NCBI GenBank assembly: GCA_050084515.1
Contig: CM114271.1
Span: forward strand, 47,740,001-47,804,000
Length of the DNA: 64,000 nt
Reading direction: 5' to 3'
Origin: Blasia pusilla
Taxonomy: Eukaryota
Shown: positions 1 to 12,675 of the stretch, in pieces
How positions within the stretch are numbered: the first letter of the stretch is position 1
Layout: the number at the start of each line of letters is the position of its first letter
Translations under genes and position numbers: made by a program
Notes under the pieces: generated by a model
What the model saw: only the letters and a program-made list of their open reading frames with translations
Databases searched by the model: none
What the model was told of the DNA's origin: nothing

Positions 1-3000
1 TTTCGTAATCGTGGGAGGCGGTCCAACTGGGGTTGAATTCGCCGCAGAACTTTATGATCTTGTACACGAGGATTTATCAACACTGTACCCACAGCTCAAA
101 CCTCACGTTAGTGTTACGCTGATCCAATCAGGAGACCACATTTTGAATTCGTAAGCGCTAACCTCAAACAAAAAGGAAATCGCTTTCTGTCCAATGAAGT
201 CGATCTTTTTGTCGTTTTTTTTGGGAGTTCTATCAGAGTGTGTCGTATCAAATAGCATATTGCAGTGGTCTCCTTGGTTCGAAAATTCAGGGGGTGTGGA
301 GTTTAGTGGTTTATGGTCCCGGCCAATGATTAAAATAATGGCGAATTGGTTTGTACAAGATTGGCATAGGAGAAGGACTTGAGAATAGTTTGGTGTGCCC
401 AAACTGTGTGATCATATGCGAAGTAGAAAAGTTACCTACTCATCTTTAGGAGATTTTCCTTCGTCGAGTAGGAGAATAGGACTACGTGAAGTCTAGCCTT
501 GCTCAAAAATCGTCTGGCCACTTGCAATTGAAGAATCCCCTTAAGATTGTCACTGGAAAGTCTCCAACACTGACTTCAGTTTTCTGCTCTCAGATTTGAC
601 GAAAGAATCAGTGAGTATGCAGAGCAGAAATTCAGTCGAGATGGAGTGAAGGTAAAGGTGAATTGTCGTGTTATGAAGGTCAACGAGCAAGACGTGCTTG
701 TAAAGGATAAGGCATCTGGGGAAGAAGTTCATGTCCCATTCGGAATGGCTGTCTGGTCAACTGGACTTGGAACTCGGCCTCTGGTTTCCAAATTTATGGA
801 GAAGATTGGCCAGGCATGGTTGTCTTTCCTTTGATTAAAAACTCACCGTGATCTGTTCCAATTTGGTTTTTAATTACCTACTTGTGATGTGGAAGGAGGA
901 CAAAGATTTCCACATTCCTGGACTTCTTCACATGCCACCCAATTGTAAATATTGATCAGGTTTACGGGAAAGCTCATCTGATCGACGAGATTGGATTTTG
1001 GGAGAATCATGTGCGCTTGTTCGTGACAAACCACCACACGAATTTTTTGTGAGATGTTAAATAACTCAGGTCGCTGTAGGAAATGTCGGCCGAACGTCAG
1101 CCCGAAGTTTGTTAATGAGGATGTATCTGCGTCCAGGAAACTCGCGCTCGAACTAGATCTCAGCTCTGCGAGACTTCCTTTAAATCGAAGAATTGTGGAC
1201 GAGTAGTTTACAGAGGAGAGACAAGCATTCAAGCTTGACGTTGTTGGGTATCGTAATTGGTGCAGGGCAACAGGAGAGTTCTTGCCACGGACGAATGGCT
1301 GCGTGTGAAAGGGTGCTCATACGTATGGGCAATTGGTGATTGTTCCACAATCGAGCAACGGAAAATTATGGTATGTTTGGTAGAAATACCGACTCCCAAA
1401 TAAGAAATAAGCAATGAGTCAAGTTTGCATTGGGATGAACCAACATGGTGATTCAGCTTAATCTTTGAAGTGGCAGCAGAGGGTAGTCAGGATGTTACGC
1501 GGTGCATGAGAGCTTCTCTGCTATCTGGAGTCCGTCTTCTTGTTTATGGTAAAACCTGTGTGAATGCAGGAAGATATAGGCCATCTGTTTGAGTTAGCTG
1601 ACATAGACAAGTCGGGAACGTTAAGCGTCGAAGAGTTCAAGAAGACGATGGAGCTGGTTCGCGAAAGGTATCCTCAGATCGACGTCTACATGAAGCGTCA
1701 CCAATTTAGACAGACGGTGGACCTAATGAAGCAGTCCGTGGAAGCTGGCGCTCATGGGGAGGCTGGAGTGCAGATGAGTCTCGATGAGTTTAAGAAGTCG
1801 CTTGGCCAAGTCGACTCCCAGATGAAATTATTTCCAGCTACTGCCCAGGTGAGGAAACGTTTCTCATAAACATGGTAAGACCTTTTCTGAATATGGTCAC
1901 CGGTATCGCAATGGCTTCCGGGTGGTCTATCAGATGGCTTATATGTCTTCTTGTCGTGAAGTTACTAGAGGAAGTTCTCGAGTCAGTGTGTCTTTATCGG
2001 TATTCGCTAGATGTGCTGGGTACGTTTCGCTCCTCGAAAAGGGTGATAGTAATGAGTGGAAATTAGCTCCTCATTCCCAAAGAACGAACCATCCCTGATT
2101 ACTCGCCATCAGGTGGATGTCGGTACTGCTTGACACTCATGCTCGGAAGCATTTTCACTCAATACCTTTGAGAGAACTCCTTTCAAATTTTCGACAAGGG
2201 TCTTTCTGCGCATAGTGTTTGACATAAGTCTTTCAAAGTTTTTATGGCTTGTTCATTTGCTACGTAGCACGGGCAGCAGTAATTTATTTTTTTACAACAT
2301 GGTCGCGTGCTAAAACTGGGACCATGTTTTGTTAAGCTCAAAAATTTCAACTGGTTTATTCAATAATGTCTACTGTTCGTGCAATGCACGGGCAATTTGG
2401 GTACTGCTTACCTCTATGGAAAATATGGCAAACGTAACACACCGTTGAAGTCTAAACAGTTTTAGTTTTTCTGTACGGAAGTGCCGTGTCGAAGATGCTA
2501 TAACTCTGACTTCAATCGTACAAGCAAAGGTGCCGTATTCTCGAGAGACGTAGCTCTGTGCCCTGCGAGAGAGCAGTACGAGGCCCTTCGTTGCAGAGGA
2601 TTTTGAGAAAGAAATGTTCGCCACCCTAACAGGTTGGAGTGCGGTTCTTTTGTTTGGAATCAATACTAGTAGTAGTAGGATAAAGTCAGCGAAATAGTCG
2701 CCGGTGTTAAGTTTAAGGTTCTCGTGATGCTGATTCAGGTTGCAGCACAGCAAGGAGAATATTTGGCGAAGTGTTTCAACGACTTGCCTAATACATCTAA
2801 AGCTCCTGAAGGACCCCTGCGTGTTCGCGGAGAGGGTCGTCATCGTTTCCGACCATTCCAGTACGTCGACGTTTTCTTAGCTCCCGTGATCGTTTTGACT
2901 AAAATTACGCTCGATTCTCGTTGTTGCGATCTGACTGTTGTGACTCATGTGAGAGAGTGCATGGAAGTAGTCGTGGATAATACCGGAGTGTATTCCTACT

Positions 3001-3669
3001 CATACCAACTGATCGATTCCACGTACGAGTTGGCGAGTGACATTGGATTTAACTAGCTGAATGTCCTCGAAAATGTGTTCTCAGGACTCTGTAAATGTGT
3101 TGCGCATCGCCAAGCGTAATAATTGATTGTCTTACGTCAAGCGCCTTAGTTACACGAAACGTTGTTACGAATGGCATCTCTCACATATTCCAACTTTCAC
3201 AGTGAGAGAATGGCTGACTTGATCGGGCATGACAACCTTAAATGAATGCTTATGCATGATTGGTGAAATGTGTCTACACGCAGATACAGGCATTTTGGAC
3301 AGTTTGCACCTTTAGGCAGTGAGCAATGCGGAGCTGAATTACCAGGGGATTGGGTGTCTATAGGCAAAAGTACTCAGTGGCTTTGGTATTCTGTCTATGC
3401 CAGGTGAAGCGCTGACCATCTTACCTCTACTATTGAAGTGTTTTCGTGCAGCTTAGTTCCTCGAACTATTGCAGCGCTGTGGAGTCTTAAATTTCTATTG
3501 TGCTTCCATTATTGTTTTTGTTGTAGGCTGACTATGTGTTATGTCCGATCATATCTCAATGACCTTGTTTGTCCGTCACAGTAAACAAGTGAGCTGGCGA
3601 ACTAGAGCATTGGTGTGCTTCGACTGGACAAAGCGTGCTTTTTTTGGTAGAGATTCTAGCCGCATGTGA
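1..3669 (+). CDS. NDB1: External alternative (type II) NAD(P)H:ubiquinone oxidoreductase B, NDB1-type with EF-hand; 5'-truncated by the window edge. Exons <1-150, 594-813, 1266-1370, 1570-1848, 2739-2860, 3284-3403, 3582-3669
   Basis: The spliced translation is continuous: FVIVGGGPTGVEFAAEL (second Rossmann motif), LIQSGDHILN (Q typical of NDB1-type enzymes), ATDEWLRV..WAIGDC, EF-hand DIDKSGTLSVEEF, PATAQVAAQQGEYLA, YRHFGQFAPLG, WLWYSVYASKQVSWRTR..FGRDSSRM*. Introns are GT-AG except one GC-AG (814-1265). Confidence 0.95.
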
Positions 3670-5229
3670 GATCGATGTACGACTAGAGTTAGAGGCGAGA
3701 TTGAATTTCTCCAGCGGGTTTTCCAGACTTTTTCTCTAGATTTGCTTGTAAATAATCTGGTCAGACAGTAGGTCCCTTTTCTACGTTGCAAAAAAAATAG
3801 TGAAGGATCTCTAGGTGAGTGAAATACCTTTGATAACACGCTGCAGAGGTTTCTATCATGACTCGGCTTTAATTTATCTCATAGATGAAGAGAAAAATGG
3901 ACACGTTTTTATGTACAGGTTCATTGCCTTGAAGTTACTAGTGTGGGGTCCTGGGGCGTGCTAATGAATTCTCACCAATCTTCTTGAGAATAGAAGACAC
4001 CACAAGATGGTAATGAAGGAATCCAGGGTAGGACAGAGGATTGTAATACCACATTCTTTCAAAATGTGCAACATTTCAGTGGGTCTCTCTCATCGGTATG
4101 AGATTGTGGCCAGAGTTGGGTTTTGTATATACAAGTGACGATGTAAGTTGAAGTTGAGAACGAGAAACTGCTAAACATGAGATGGGAAAGGCATTGGAAT
4201 GAGAGCCGGCGCATACCATATTCATACAAATAGCAGTATACATCAATGGGTCTCAGTTTCGCGGTCATTTATTTTATTGTTCTTCGTTAGATACTTTCTC
4301 AAACCGCACGGAATAGATTTGTTTTCGTGGGATGGTAATTTTCGAAATCATCCAATTTAAGTGTACTTGCCAATTAGCAAGGACATGCAAATTTCAAATA
4401 GTATTTCGATATTTCCGAGCTAGATATATTCGTCTTGTGCGTCAGTTGTCTTATCGAACGGTCATTGGACTCTCAATGCAAGAGTGTAAATTTCATCGAG
4501 AATTGTGTCCTTGACGAGAGGACTGTGAACCCTAAACTTCAATACCACCATTGTTCGAGCCGATTGCCCAACGCCGATGTGCTTTCCTCACGCATGATCG
4601 TAAGCGGACCCTCGTCTCCGCATTGCATCAATTTCTCGAACGGCGATAGTACTTCCGTCCCACCGATAACCTGTGTTATCTCGCCCTGCAGCAACAACGA
4701 TCTTTGACCTATCAGTTAACGTAGTAATGGTCAAAAACCTTCGGGACATCCAGTGTTTTCTAAGCTTCCAAGTGTTTTCAGGGCATCGAATACATTTCCG
4801 TGGCCTCAACTGGGCCCCGAACAAATGCTTCTTCCTGGCCTCGACAAGTTGATCGTAGTGTAGTTCTTGAATCCTTCGAGGCGAAAGGAGGAGGTGGTTT
4901 GGTGCCGAACCTTCTTGAGTAAACACTTTCTTGAGCGAGGAAATTGCCGAATTACCTTGCCACACTGAAAAATCTGACTGTTTTTTTCCCGGGTATGAGT
5001 TTTTGCGATGACCATGTCGTAGCCCATTTGACTGGTTTTTATTCAACCTAAGTTTTACTAGATTAAATTTTTTCACTTTAAACGGATGAAACAGATAAAT
5101 CCCCTCGAGATATATCACTTGCAACTCCAAAAGTATTAGATCCTACTAATTTCATTAGGTCCAAATTTAAAAATATTCTATTTATTGAACTTTTGACATT
5201 GGAAATAAAATTATGCTTATTTAAGTTAC

Positions 5230-6992
5230 TGAATACGGCAGAAGGCATCACGTGCACTTCTCTCCCTGCATGTTATCTGATGATGGAAGAATAACGTAAG
5301 CTTAACATTGTGACAGGCTGGACAATCGTCCTTCGGTACAACTTCAAAAAAGGTGCGCACTCTTGGACGGGTGGAGAAAGTAATTAACATAGACGTACAT
5401 AGGACACGTGGCCAAGGAAAAAAAAGAAGGCCAATGGCCATAATGAACTGGTCAAAAGTCAAACCTGATACACGACCATAACGTGAGATGTGTCACAGAC
5501 CCTGTCCACGGACCGCGTCAAAGCCTATTTTTCCAACGAGTTCCTATCAGGGTCCGGGTAGTTTTTTGGCGAGAACCGGTACATTCCCGGTCTCTACAGA
5601 CGAGAACAATCCTGAATCCGGCCGGCTAAAGAGATACAAATACAAATGAGAACTCTGTATTCTGCCGGTTTTTGGCCGTTGATTTGCAAAGTGAATCGTG
5701 AATTCTAAATTTCTTCCCCGGTTCTCCCCGGACATTGGTTCCCATCCTGACGTCCAGTCCAGTTTGCTTGCGTATGTTTTGTACATGTACTCATCAGTTA
5801 ACTTGTTCTGCACTGGAGAACCATGCATGAAGAAAGAGGAGTGAAATATGTAGCACAGTGACATAACCACACGCCCAACAAGCTGTGTAAAACACTTTCT
5901 GGCGTAGCGAGATTCTTGTTCAAGATGTGAGGTACCGGTAGTAAGTAATTAACAAATTAGGAATGGTGAATGTTCACTGAAAACTTGTAGGAGCATTCTC
6001 ACCATCATTTTGAGAAGTGTTCACATCAAATCCCTCCTGCGAACACCGCAGATGATAAAAGTAGACTAGAGTAGATCAGTTTTGAAATGTAAGAGTTGAC
6101 CATTCTCGTAAATAAGTATTTGCTAGAATTTAAAAAGAAAACAAACAAAGGAACATACTAATCAAAACACCAACAACATACAGCGCATACAAAGAATACT
6201 CATATGAGGAGAGGTAGAAAGGACATACGCCACTAGGAGTCAACCAAAGACCAAAGTACGATCGTGCATGAAGCGAAGAAGTTGAGATGACTGCGAATTC
6301 TAATGTATTAGAGTTTCACCGGATATCCACCTTAAACGATACAAGCATCTGAAAGCAATCACGCAGACTAACGATTGCAATTACCAACACACTGAAAGAA
6401 AACAAGTCAGAGCTTACGCCCATTCCTGGACCACCATCACCTTTTGCTTGTTTGTTTTTAATGCGTCAAAGAAAACACCGAACCGAGATTTCTGATCTGG
6501 CAAGTTAGGCTGTCCAACAACGGAGGGAACGGGACTGAAGAAACCGTGGGAAGACTAATTCTAAAGTAGATACTGACGTAAAGATGCAGTCATTCAGCTG
6601 TAATTTCGACCGCGACAGGATTGAACACGTGCAGAGTGAAATGGATTTAAACATCAGGAAGTGCCGAATCCATACAAACTCACCAGAATCTTCCTCGATC
6701 TGGATTTTGAGTTTTCGAATGAATCGTGAGGCTTTTGCCCGATGTGCGGTCCTCGATTCGCTCCGTGATTGTATGTTTTTCGGTAGTTGGCAGCACCCTC
6801 ATTCTTTCCGAATCTTGATTGAGGTGAATATTGGTCAACAGCCATAAACACCAATGTGAAAAGTAGGCTGCATGTGATGAGAAGAAACAGTCCCTGATAT
6901 CTGCCAAATCGTTTACATGATCCACTTGCCTTGCCACGGTACACGCTTGTCTGTGAGTTGCCTCTATTACTGGCTATATGGGTGTTCCCCAT
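5230..6992 (-). CDS. Putative multi-exon gene of unknown function with an N-terminal hydrophobic segment; exon structure uncertain
   Basis: ATG at 6992 follows an acceptor (tgcag, ~7038). The frame MGNTHIAS..LFLLITCSLLFTLVFMAV..RKIL ends at a GTGAGT donor at 6683. Further splice-bounded segments lie near 6420-6446, 6229-6290, 5.6-5.8 kb and 5230-5361 (DCPACH..C..C). A possible 5'UTR exon ends at ~8184. No family recognised. Confidence 0.35.
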
Positions 6993-9090
6993 TACGGTAC
7001 CTACTATAGCCTGCGTGCTCTCTACTGCTCGTCAAACCTGCACGAATATGCAATATAAAGACACGATTAGCTACTAGACTGATGTAAACTCTGTCGATAT
7101 GATAGCTTCTTTGGCTAGACTAAAATCCACTTGTTCATGCTCTAGAAATACCCTACCACACACGCCACGTAAGCATGCCAATCTGTCTGACCGAGTTTTT
7201 GGATGACATTATTTTAGTTTCCTCTAACTTCCTGAGCAAAGGTGGCAATAAGTCCCAACATTCCGCATAACTTCAGAAATTGACAGCCCGACTAAAAGAG
7301 AATTTTCCCATTTCGTAAAACCAAGTCTCCAAAGGCTTATAGCTTTCAAATCAGCTACGGGAAGACGATTAATTTGAAGTAAGTTCGAGAGTGGCGCCGG
7401 GACGGAGAATCGATGCGGCAGACTACGAAACTCAATTCTGCCCGAGAAGTAACGAATAGAAAACTCTCTCGTAACACAGTCTTTCCTTTACAATGAAAAT
7501 ATGAGGAAACAGATGCCAGTCACTACTTTGCGAGCGTTTCTTGGGAAGAGAATTTCCTTGAATGAGCGCTTAGTCTTCCAAACGGGTAGAAAATGGAAAC
7601 GAAGAGAAATGTCTTGCAATCGACCAGCGTCCTACGGCCCCACCCCCGGTTAACGTCTTAAAACATCCTCCGAGTGAACCGAACACCAACGAAAGATAAT
7701 TGCCTGTACTCGACGCGTGGCTTATCTTAAAGCATGCGACACTAGGAGACTACAAATGTAAGGGGTGGGCGTCGAAGACCTCAACACTCAAACGAAAGGA
7801 ATCCACCGTCAACATCTCCATCTTACCGCGTGCAAGACATAAACTCTTTCGAACGAAAGTACGTACATCTTCAATATCTCCATCTCGTCAGCATGGCACA
7901 TCCCCCACACAATCGCGAAGTCCCTCAAAACAACAGCGACTCCTCCCACACGCGAACGGTTTCGCCGCACAAGCACCTTCCTCCTTCAGTTTCTTCTCCA
8001 AATTGCAGGCAATGACCCGAATTATTCACAATTGAAGAGACAGAAAGACGATCAAGAACACACACATCGCCTTTCAAGCACAAACTAAATTTCCCCAACA
8101 GAACGAAATCACCTCTCTCACATCCAGCGATTCCACCACAGCCACACGCACCATTACTGTCCCTCCGTCCTTCGAAATCTACCTACAGCGCCGGGATATG
8201 TACAATCGTAAACACCACGGGACGCAGCGAAGACCCTCTACTGCGGAAACGGACGGTTGGTGGATGCAAAATCGCGAATTCCCGGGGAGGGGCCGCGGGC
8301 AGCGTGAAGCGCGAGATGACGAGGACGCGCCTCGTCATCTTATGAAGAAGCGAGTGGGAAGGTGAGAAGTCAGGCGAGTGGGAGGGACGGCTTCTCAATC
8401 GGTACCAGTAACTCTAGTGGTACTCCATTATTTTTTTCTTCTCGCAAATGTGATGATACTACTTGACATAGTATCCTAGTTAGGGGCATGTCTTTTGACA
8501 CTAAATTATCTAGTGTATCAAATCGAATAAAATCTTTTTCACTACACATTAATAGGAAGGTGTCCATTTTGCAATCAAGGTGTGAAACATAACCAATTTG
8601 TAATTACAAACCTGCATCAAAGTTAGTCCCTTGTTCAAGGACTAATCAAATAGGGAGGGAGAGTGTTCATTAATGTCCCCCTTCGGCCTTTGATTTTGGC
8701 CCTCAATTCAAACATGGGTATGAACTTCAGATCGGTGTTTGACTAATTATTCATCAAAATGGCTTGGTGGGGGCTTATTACACATTATGCAACTTTTGGT
8801 TCCCAAAACAAATCTTGGAGCTTGGAATCGCATTTCGTGTCTCATGGCTAGCGTTTATTTTAAGTCTTGACTTATGTTAGGCATCTCATGGTTGTCTTGC
8901 CAATCATTCCATTTCATGACTAGTCTCGTGGTGTCTTGCCCATCTTGACTACTCGCTAGTTCCTTGGTGCTTGGCTCTAAGATCTCAAACCTTGCTTGCC
9001 TTGCCTTTGTTCTTGTGAGTAACTATGACCTAAGGCTAATCTTAGGAAAGATGCATGTCTCGCTTAGTATTAGTCTCCCACCGGTTCCGT

Positions 9091-10360
9091 TGTCGTGTCG
9101 AGAGCCTTTCTTCGAGCAAGGGCGGGCCTTCTAGCTGCGGTAGATGCGGTCGATGCAAGGTGAACTCTCTAATAAGTTCTCCTTTTTCAATACAAAATTA
9201 TGATGTACACTCTCCATTCTCTCACGACAGATATCACAAATGGAAGTGCCGAGGCGATCACTTCTTCGTAACATCGGACCCCGAAATTCCTAACTATAAA
9301 ATCCCTATAAACTATTTTACGCTTGTACACAAGGAAGATAGCACAACTAGTGTTAAACCCTACTTGAGCAGGCCTATTGACATCCATGGATCGCTATATA
9401 AGGACATACAAAGTACAATCCCATGTCCTTCCATATGTGACAATAGGAAGAATCACCGGAGTTGGAGATTGCATGACCTGGTTCATGAACGCCTTCCGAA
9501 AGTGATAAACTAAATAGCGAGTGAACCAGTGCCTATCCACAAAGAGTACCTTAAGGTAAGGATTGAGGAAAAGAAAGTCGGGCACAACTCGTGCTCCACC
9601 CCTATCCATGCTTGACAGACATTCTCTACTCTCCTCAAGAATGGGTTTTGGCGGGGTTATTCTCCCAAGAGGGGTAATCCACTCTCATTGGGAAAGTAAC
9701 AAGCCAAAACATCCGCTATTTTAGTATGACTAAACTCTTCTAGGGTGACAAACCTCTCATCCCCACACACACACACCACACTCTAGAAACATCTCGAAGA
9801 ATAGACCATGGTCAAGTTATTCTCCCAAGAGGGGTGATCCACTCTCATTGGAAGAGCAAGCAATCCCAAAGCCATACACTCAAGAGAGACACGAGAGACT
9901 CAAGATGTGGAATAGAAGGTGATGAACCCTTGAAGGTCCCTCCTCTTTATATACTCACAAGGGATCCACAAGAGTATGAAATAGAGCTTATCTTATCTTG
10001 TGTCACATGGCTTCCTCTCAAGGCTTAGCCAATCATATTTTGACACAAGTAGATTTCTTCTTATCTCTTCCAAAATATCCTCTTTTACCCACTTGATATT
10101 TTCCAAATTACTCCAACTAACCTAACCACCAACCAAGACTACTTTTGCTTTTCATTAAAGCAACTACTTTACTTTTATAAAGTCATCTTTTATTTATTAC
10201 CTCATTTTCCTAAAGTTGGGCTCGTATAAAAGAGGCACCATAAAGAGGTTTAAACATAAGAATCTCCTTTTTCTAAGCCAATTTACTTAATACTAATGAA
10301 ACTCTATCTAACACTTAATGACGAAGGAGTTTACATACTGGTTGATTTTACTATACGACA
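9091..10360 (-). mobile_element. Solo LTR of family A (same family as 44107-52605)
   Basis: Termini TGTCGTGTCG...CTATACGACA; reverse complement of the LTRs at 44107-45381 and 51331-52605; 4-bp target site duplication (TSD) CCGT at 9087-9090 and 10361-10364. Confidence 0.93.
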
Positions 10361-10622
10361 CCGTCGCCATTCCTAGTCTAGTAGCTAGCTAGTTTAGGTT
10401 TTGAATTTGGTGGATCACACCATAGTCTTTCCTACTTGGACCCACGATCATGACTCGCTTCCTAGATCCTTGCCAGCATGAACTCCATAGACTTATATAT
10501 TTGTGACGTCATGTATCTGCGATATAATATTCATTTTATAATAGAGATTTTGGGACAAAAATTTACAACTACATTCGGGGAGAATTTGCAAGTCTCAAGA
10601 GCTGCACTACAACCATAACAAA

Positions 10623-11627
10623 TGTCGTGCGCCTACTCTCCTTGAACGTCAATCTTAGTGTCACCGAAGCGTAGGCTCAGTAGGACACGCTCTCATCGCC
10701 AACCTGCACCCAAATGCACTCACGATAGTCTGGCTCTGGGTCAAGCGACCTTCCAACCCACCGAGTCCTCAACTCGGCATCTCATCAAGCTCAACCTTCC
10801 CTCATCCCTAGGTTCCCTACACGGGCAAGCCTTCCGAGACTTGGGACAAACTTTTTGGTTAGTCTAGGCACCTCAAACGGCATTTGCGCGCCTAGCGGTC
10901 CCAACTATCCAACAGACCTTGCATGAGCCCCTAACCGAGACTCAAAAATATGAGTCACAAGTTGGAATCCAATAGGGATCTCCGAAATCCCTCTATTGAA
11001 CTTGGTTTGGGTTTTGAAGCCCAACACCAAACTCACAATCCGTTCCGTGCCCTTGGGTCGCCCCACGGCACCCAAAGTGGCGTTCGAGTGCCAAGCACTC
11101 TTAGAGACCTTCCCCCTTACTAGTACTTCTAGGAAACTCCGGGGTCCCCCTACCTTTGGGAAAGACCACCCGGGCCCCTCTTTTTGGCCCTCAACCGGAC
11201 TCTTCTTACAGTTAGTTTTGGCCCATATCTCAACCTTTTCACAAGAATTTGCAAAGTTCTTCAATGCATTGGAACCGGCTTGACATAAGCTTTCCAACGC
11301 TACCTTACGTGTCCCAAACGCTTCTTGGGACTCAAAGTTATGGTCAAAAGTACAGTCAGAAACTCCCAAGCGCTGCCCGCGTCTCAAGTCCGGTTTTCAT
11401 CCCTTGGCCCCGTCTCGTCCAAGACTTGACTTCTCTCAAGTTTGAGTACCGCATTTGGTTCTGGTTTCCTGGTCACGACCATAACACACAAAACACTCAA
11501 AACGCTCACCTCGCTCGCGTCTCGCCCTCGTGTTTCCTTAACTCCCAAAGCGCAAACCATCCTAGCATGAGCTCGCTAGAGTTCGGATGTTCCGCTTGGC
11601 GCCTATTTGATTATGAGGGTTGCGACA
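10623..11627 (-). repeat. 3' LTR of family B element
   Basis: The first ~80 bp match 19499-19579. Inverted termini TGTCG/CGACA. Preceded on the minus strand by AAAGAGGGATGAG (polypurine tract). Confidence 0.8.
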
Positions 11628-12675
11628 CTCATCCCTCTTTAGAGGTTGATGCCCTCATCAACGCAAACCTTTTTAATGTCAAGTCATTGTGGGAAGCCAA
11701 CCCCTTGACATCAAATGGCGTTCAAGTAGCTAACCCGCAATTCCTCTTTTGGCTTAAGTTTTAGGTTGTCGCTTGCAACACTTAGCATCATTTAGCATCT
11801 CCTCTTCGATGAGCCTGGACCGATTCTCAACTGATCTAACCTATCAAAGGTTAGATAACTAAGGTTGCTACCTAAAACTTCTCGTGCTAATAACTTGTAA
11901 ACATCTTACCTGTTTACACGATCCACAATTCGTACTACTCTTGGGTCGTTCTTGTATTCGACTTAGGCGCGTCACTAAGTTCACTCATACAGTCACGAGT
12001 ATTGAAGATTGAGTTACAATCAAGCTCATGAGACATCTGAATTGCTACATTTGGCACTCACACCAAGTAGGGAAGTGTAATCTTGGTTAGTCAGTTAAGC
12101 ACGATTATCTTAACTAGGGTTAGTTAATCACAGTTAGTCTAACTCAAGACTATGGTTAAGGGTAGGATAAGGGTTGCTTGTACATACCCTATATAATTGA
12201 GAAGAGGAACAGCCTCCACTTATTCTCTCATTGCAAATTTTGTTCTCCATGGTGGTGTGTGTGTGTGTGAGCCATTTTCCACCAGTTATGCTTGTTTAGC
12301 AATTTTCCACAACGAGTGAGATCACCCCAAGCCCCAAGAAAGAGCGATCTGCCCCGACGACGCTAGGGCAAGCCCAAGTGCTAGTTTCCAAGCACTTGGT
12401 CTTGTTTTAGGTACTTATCCGAATACCAGCTCTCGCCTCAAATACTCCTTGTTTATCCTCTTGACTTACATCCTAAGCATACAAAGAACTATTCATTGCC
12501 ATGCCCTACCAAAGACAAATTACAAATAACACACGCATCGAATCTCCAAATTCATGCATCCTTTATTGCAACACTAGCCTGCTCTAGTTACAACGGCCTT
12601 TGGCCCAAGCTTCCTATGGCACAAGTCATGTCTCTAGCTTCTCCATGTACTAACGCATGTGCTTCCCTTGCAACC

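Noticed and set aside
4588-5130. 180-aa minus-strand ORF as a stand-alone gene
   Set aside because: It has a non-ATG start in AT-rich intron-like sequence and no motif. At most it overlaps the last exon or UTR of the uncertain gene.
9055-9513. Recurrent 94-152 aa ORF (also 52183-52536 and 57555-57839) as a gene family
   Set aside because: It lies inside the family A LTR, antisense to the element, with inconsistent starts and no recognisable motif. Its recurrence reflects LTR copies.
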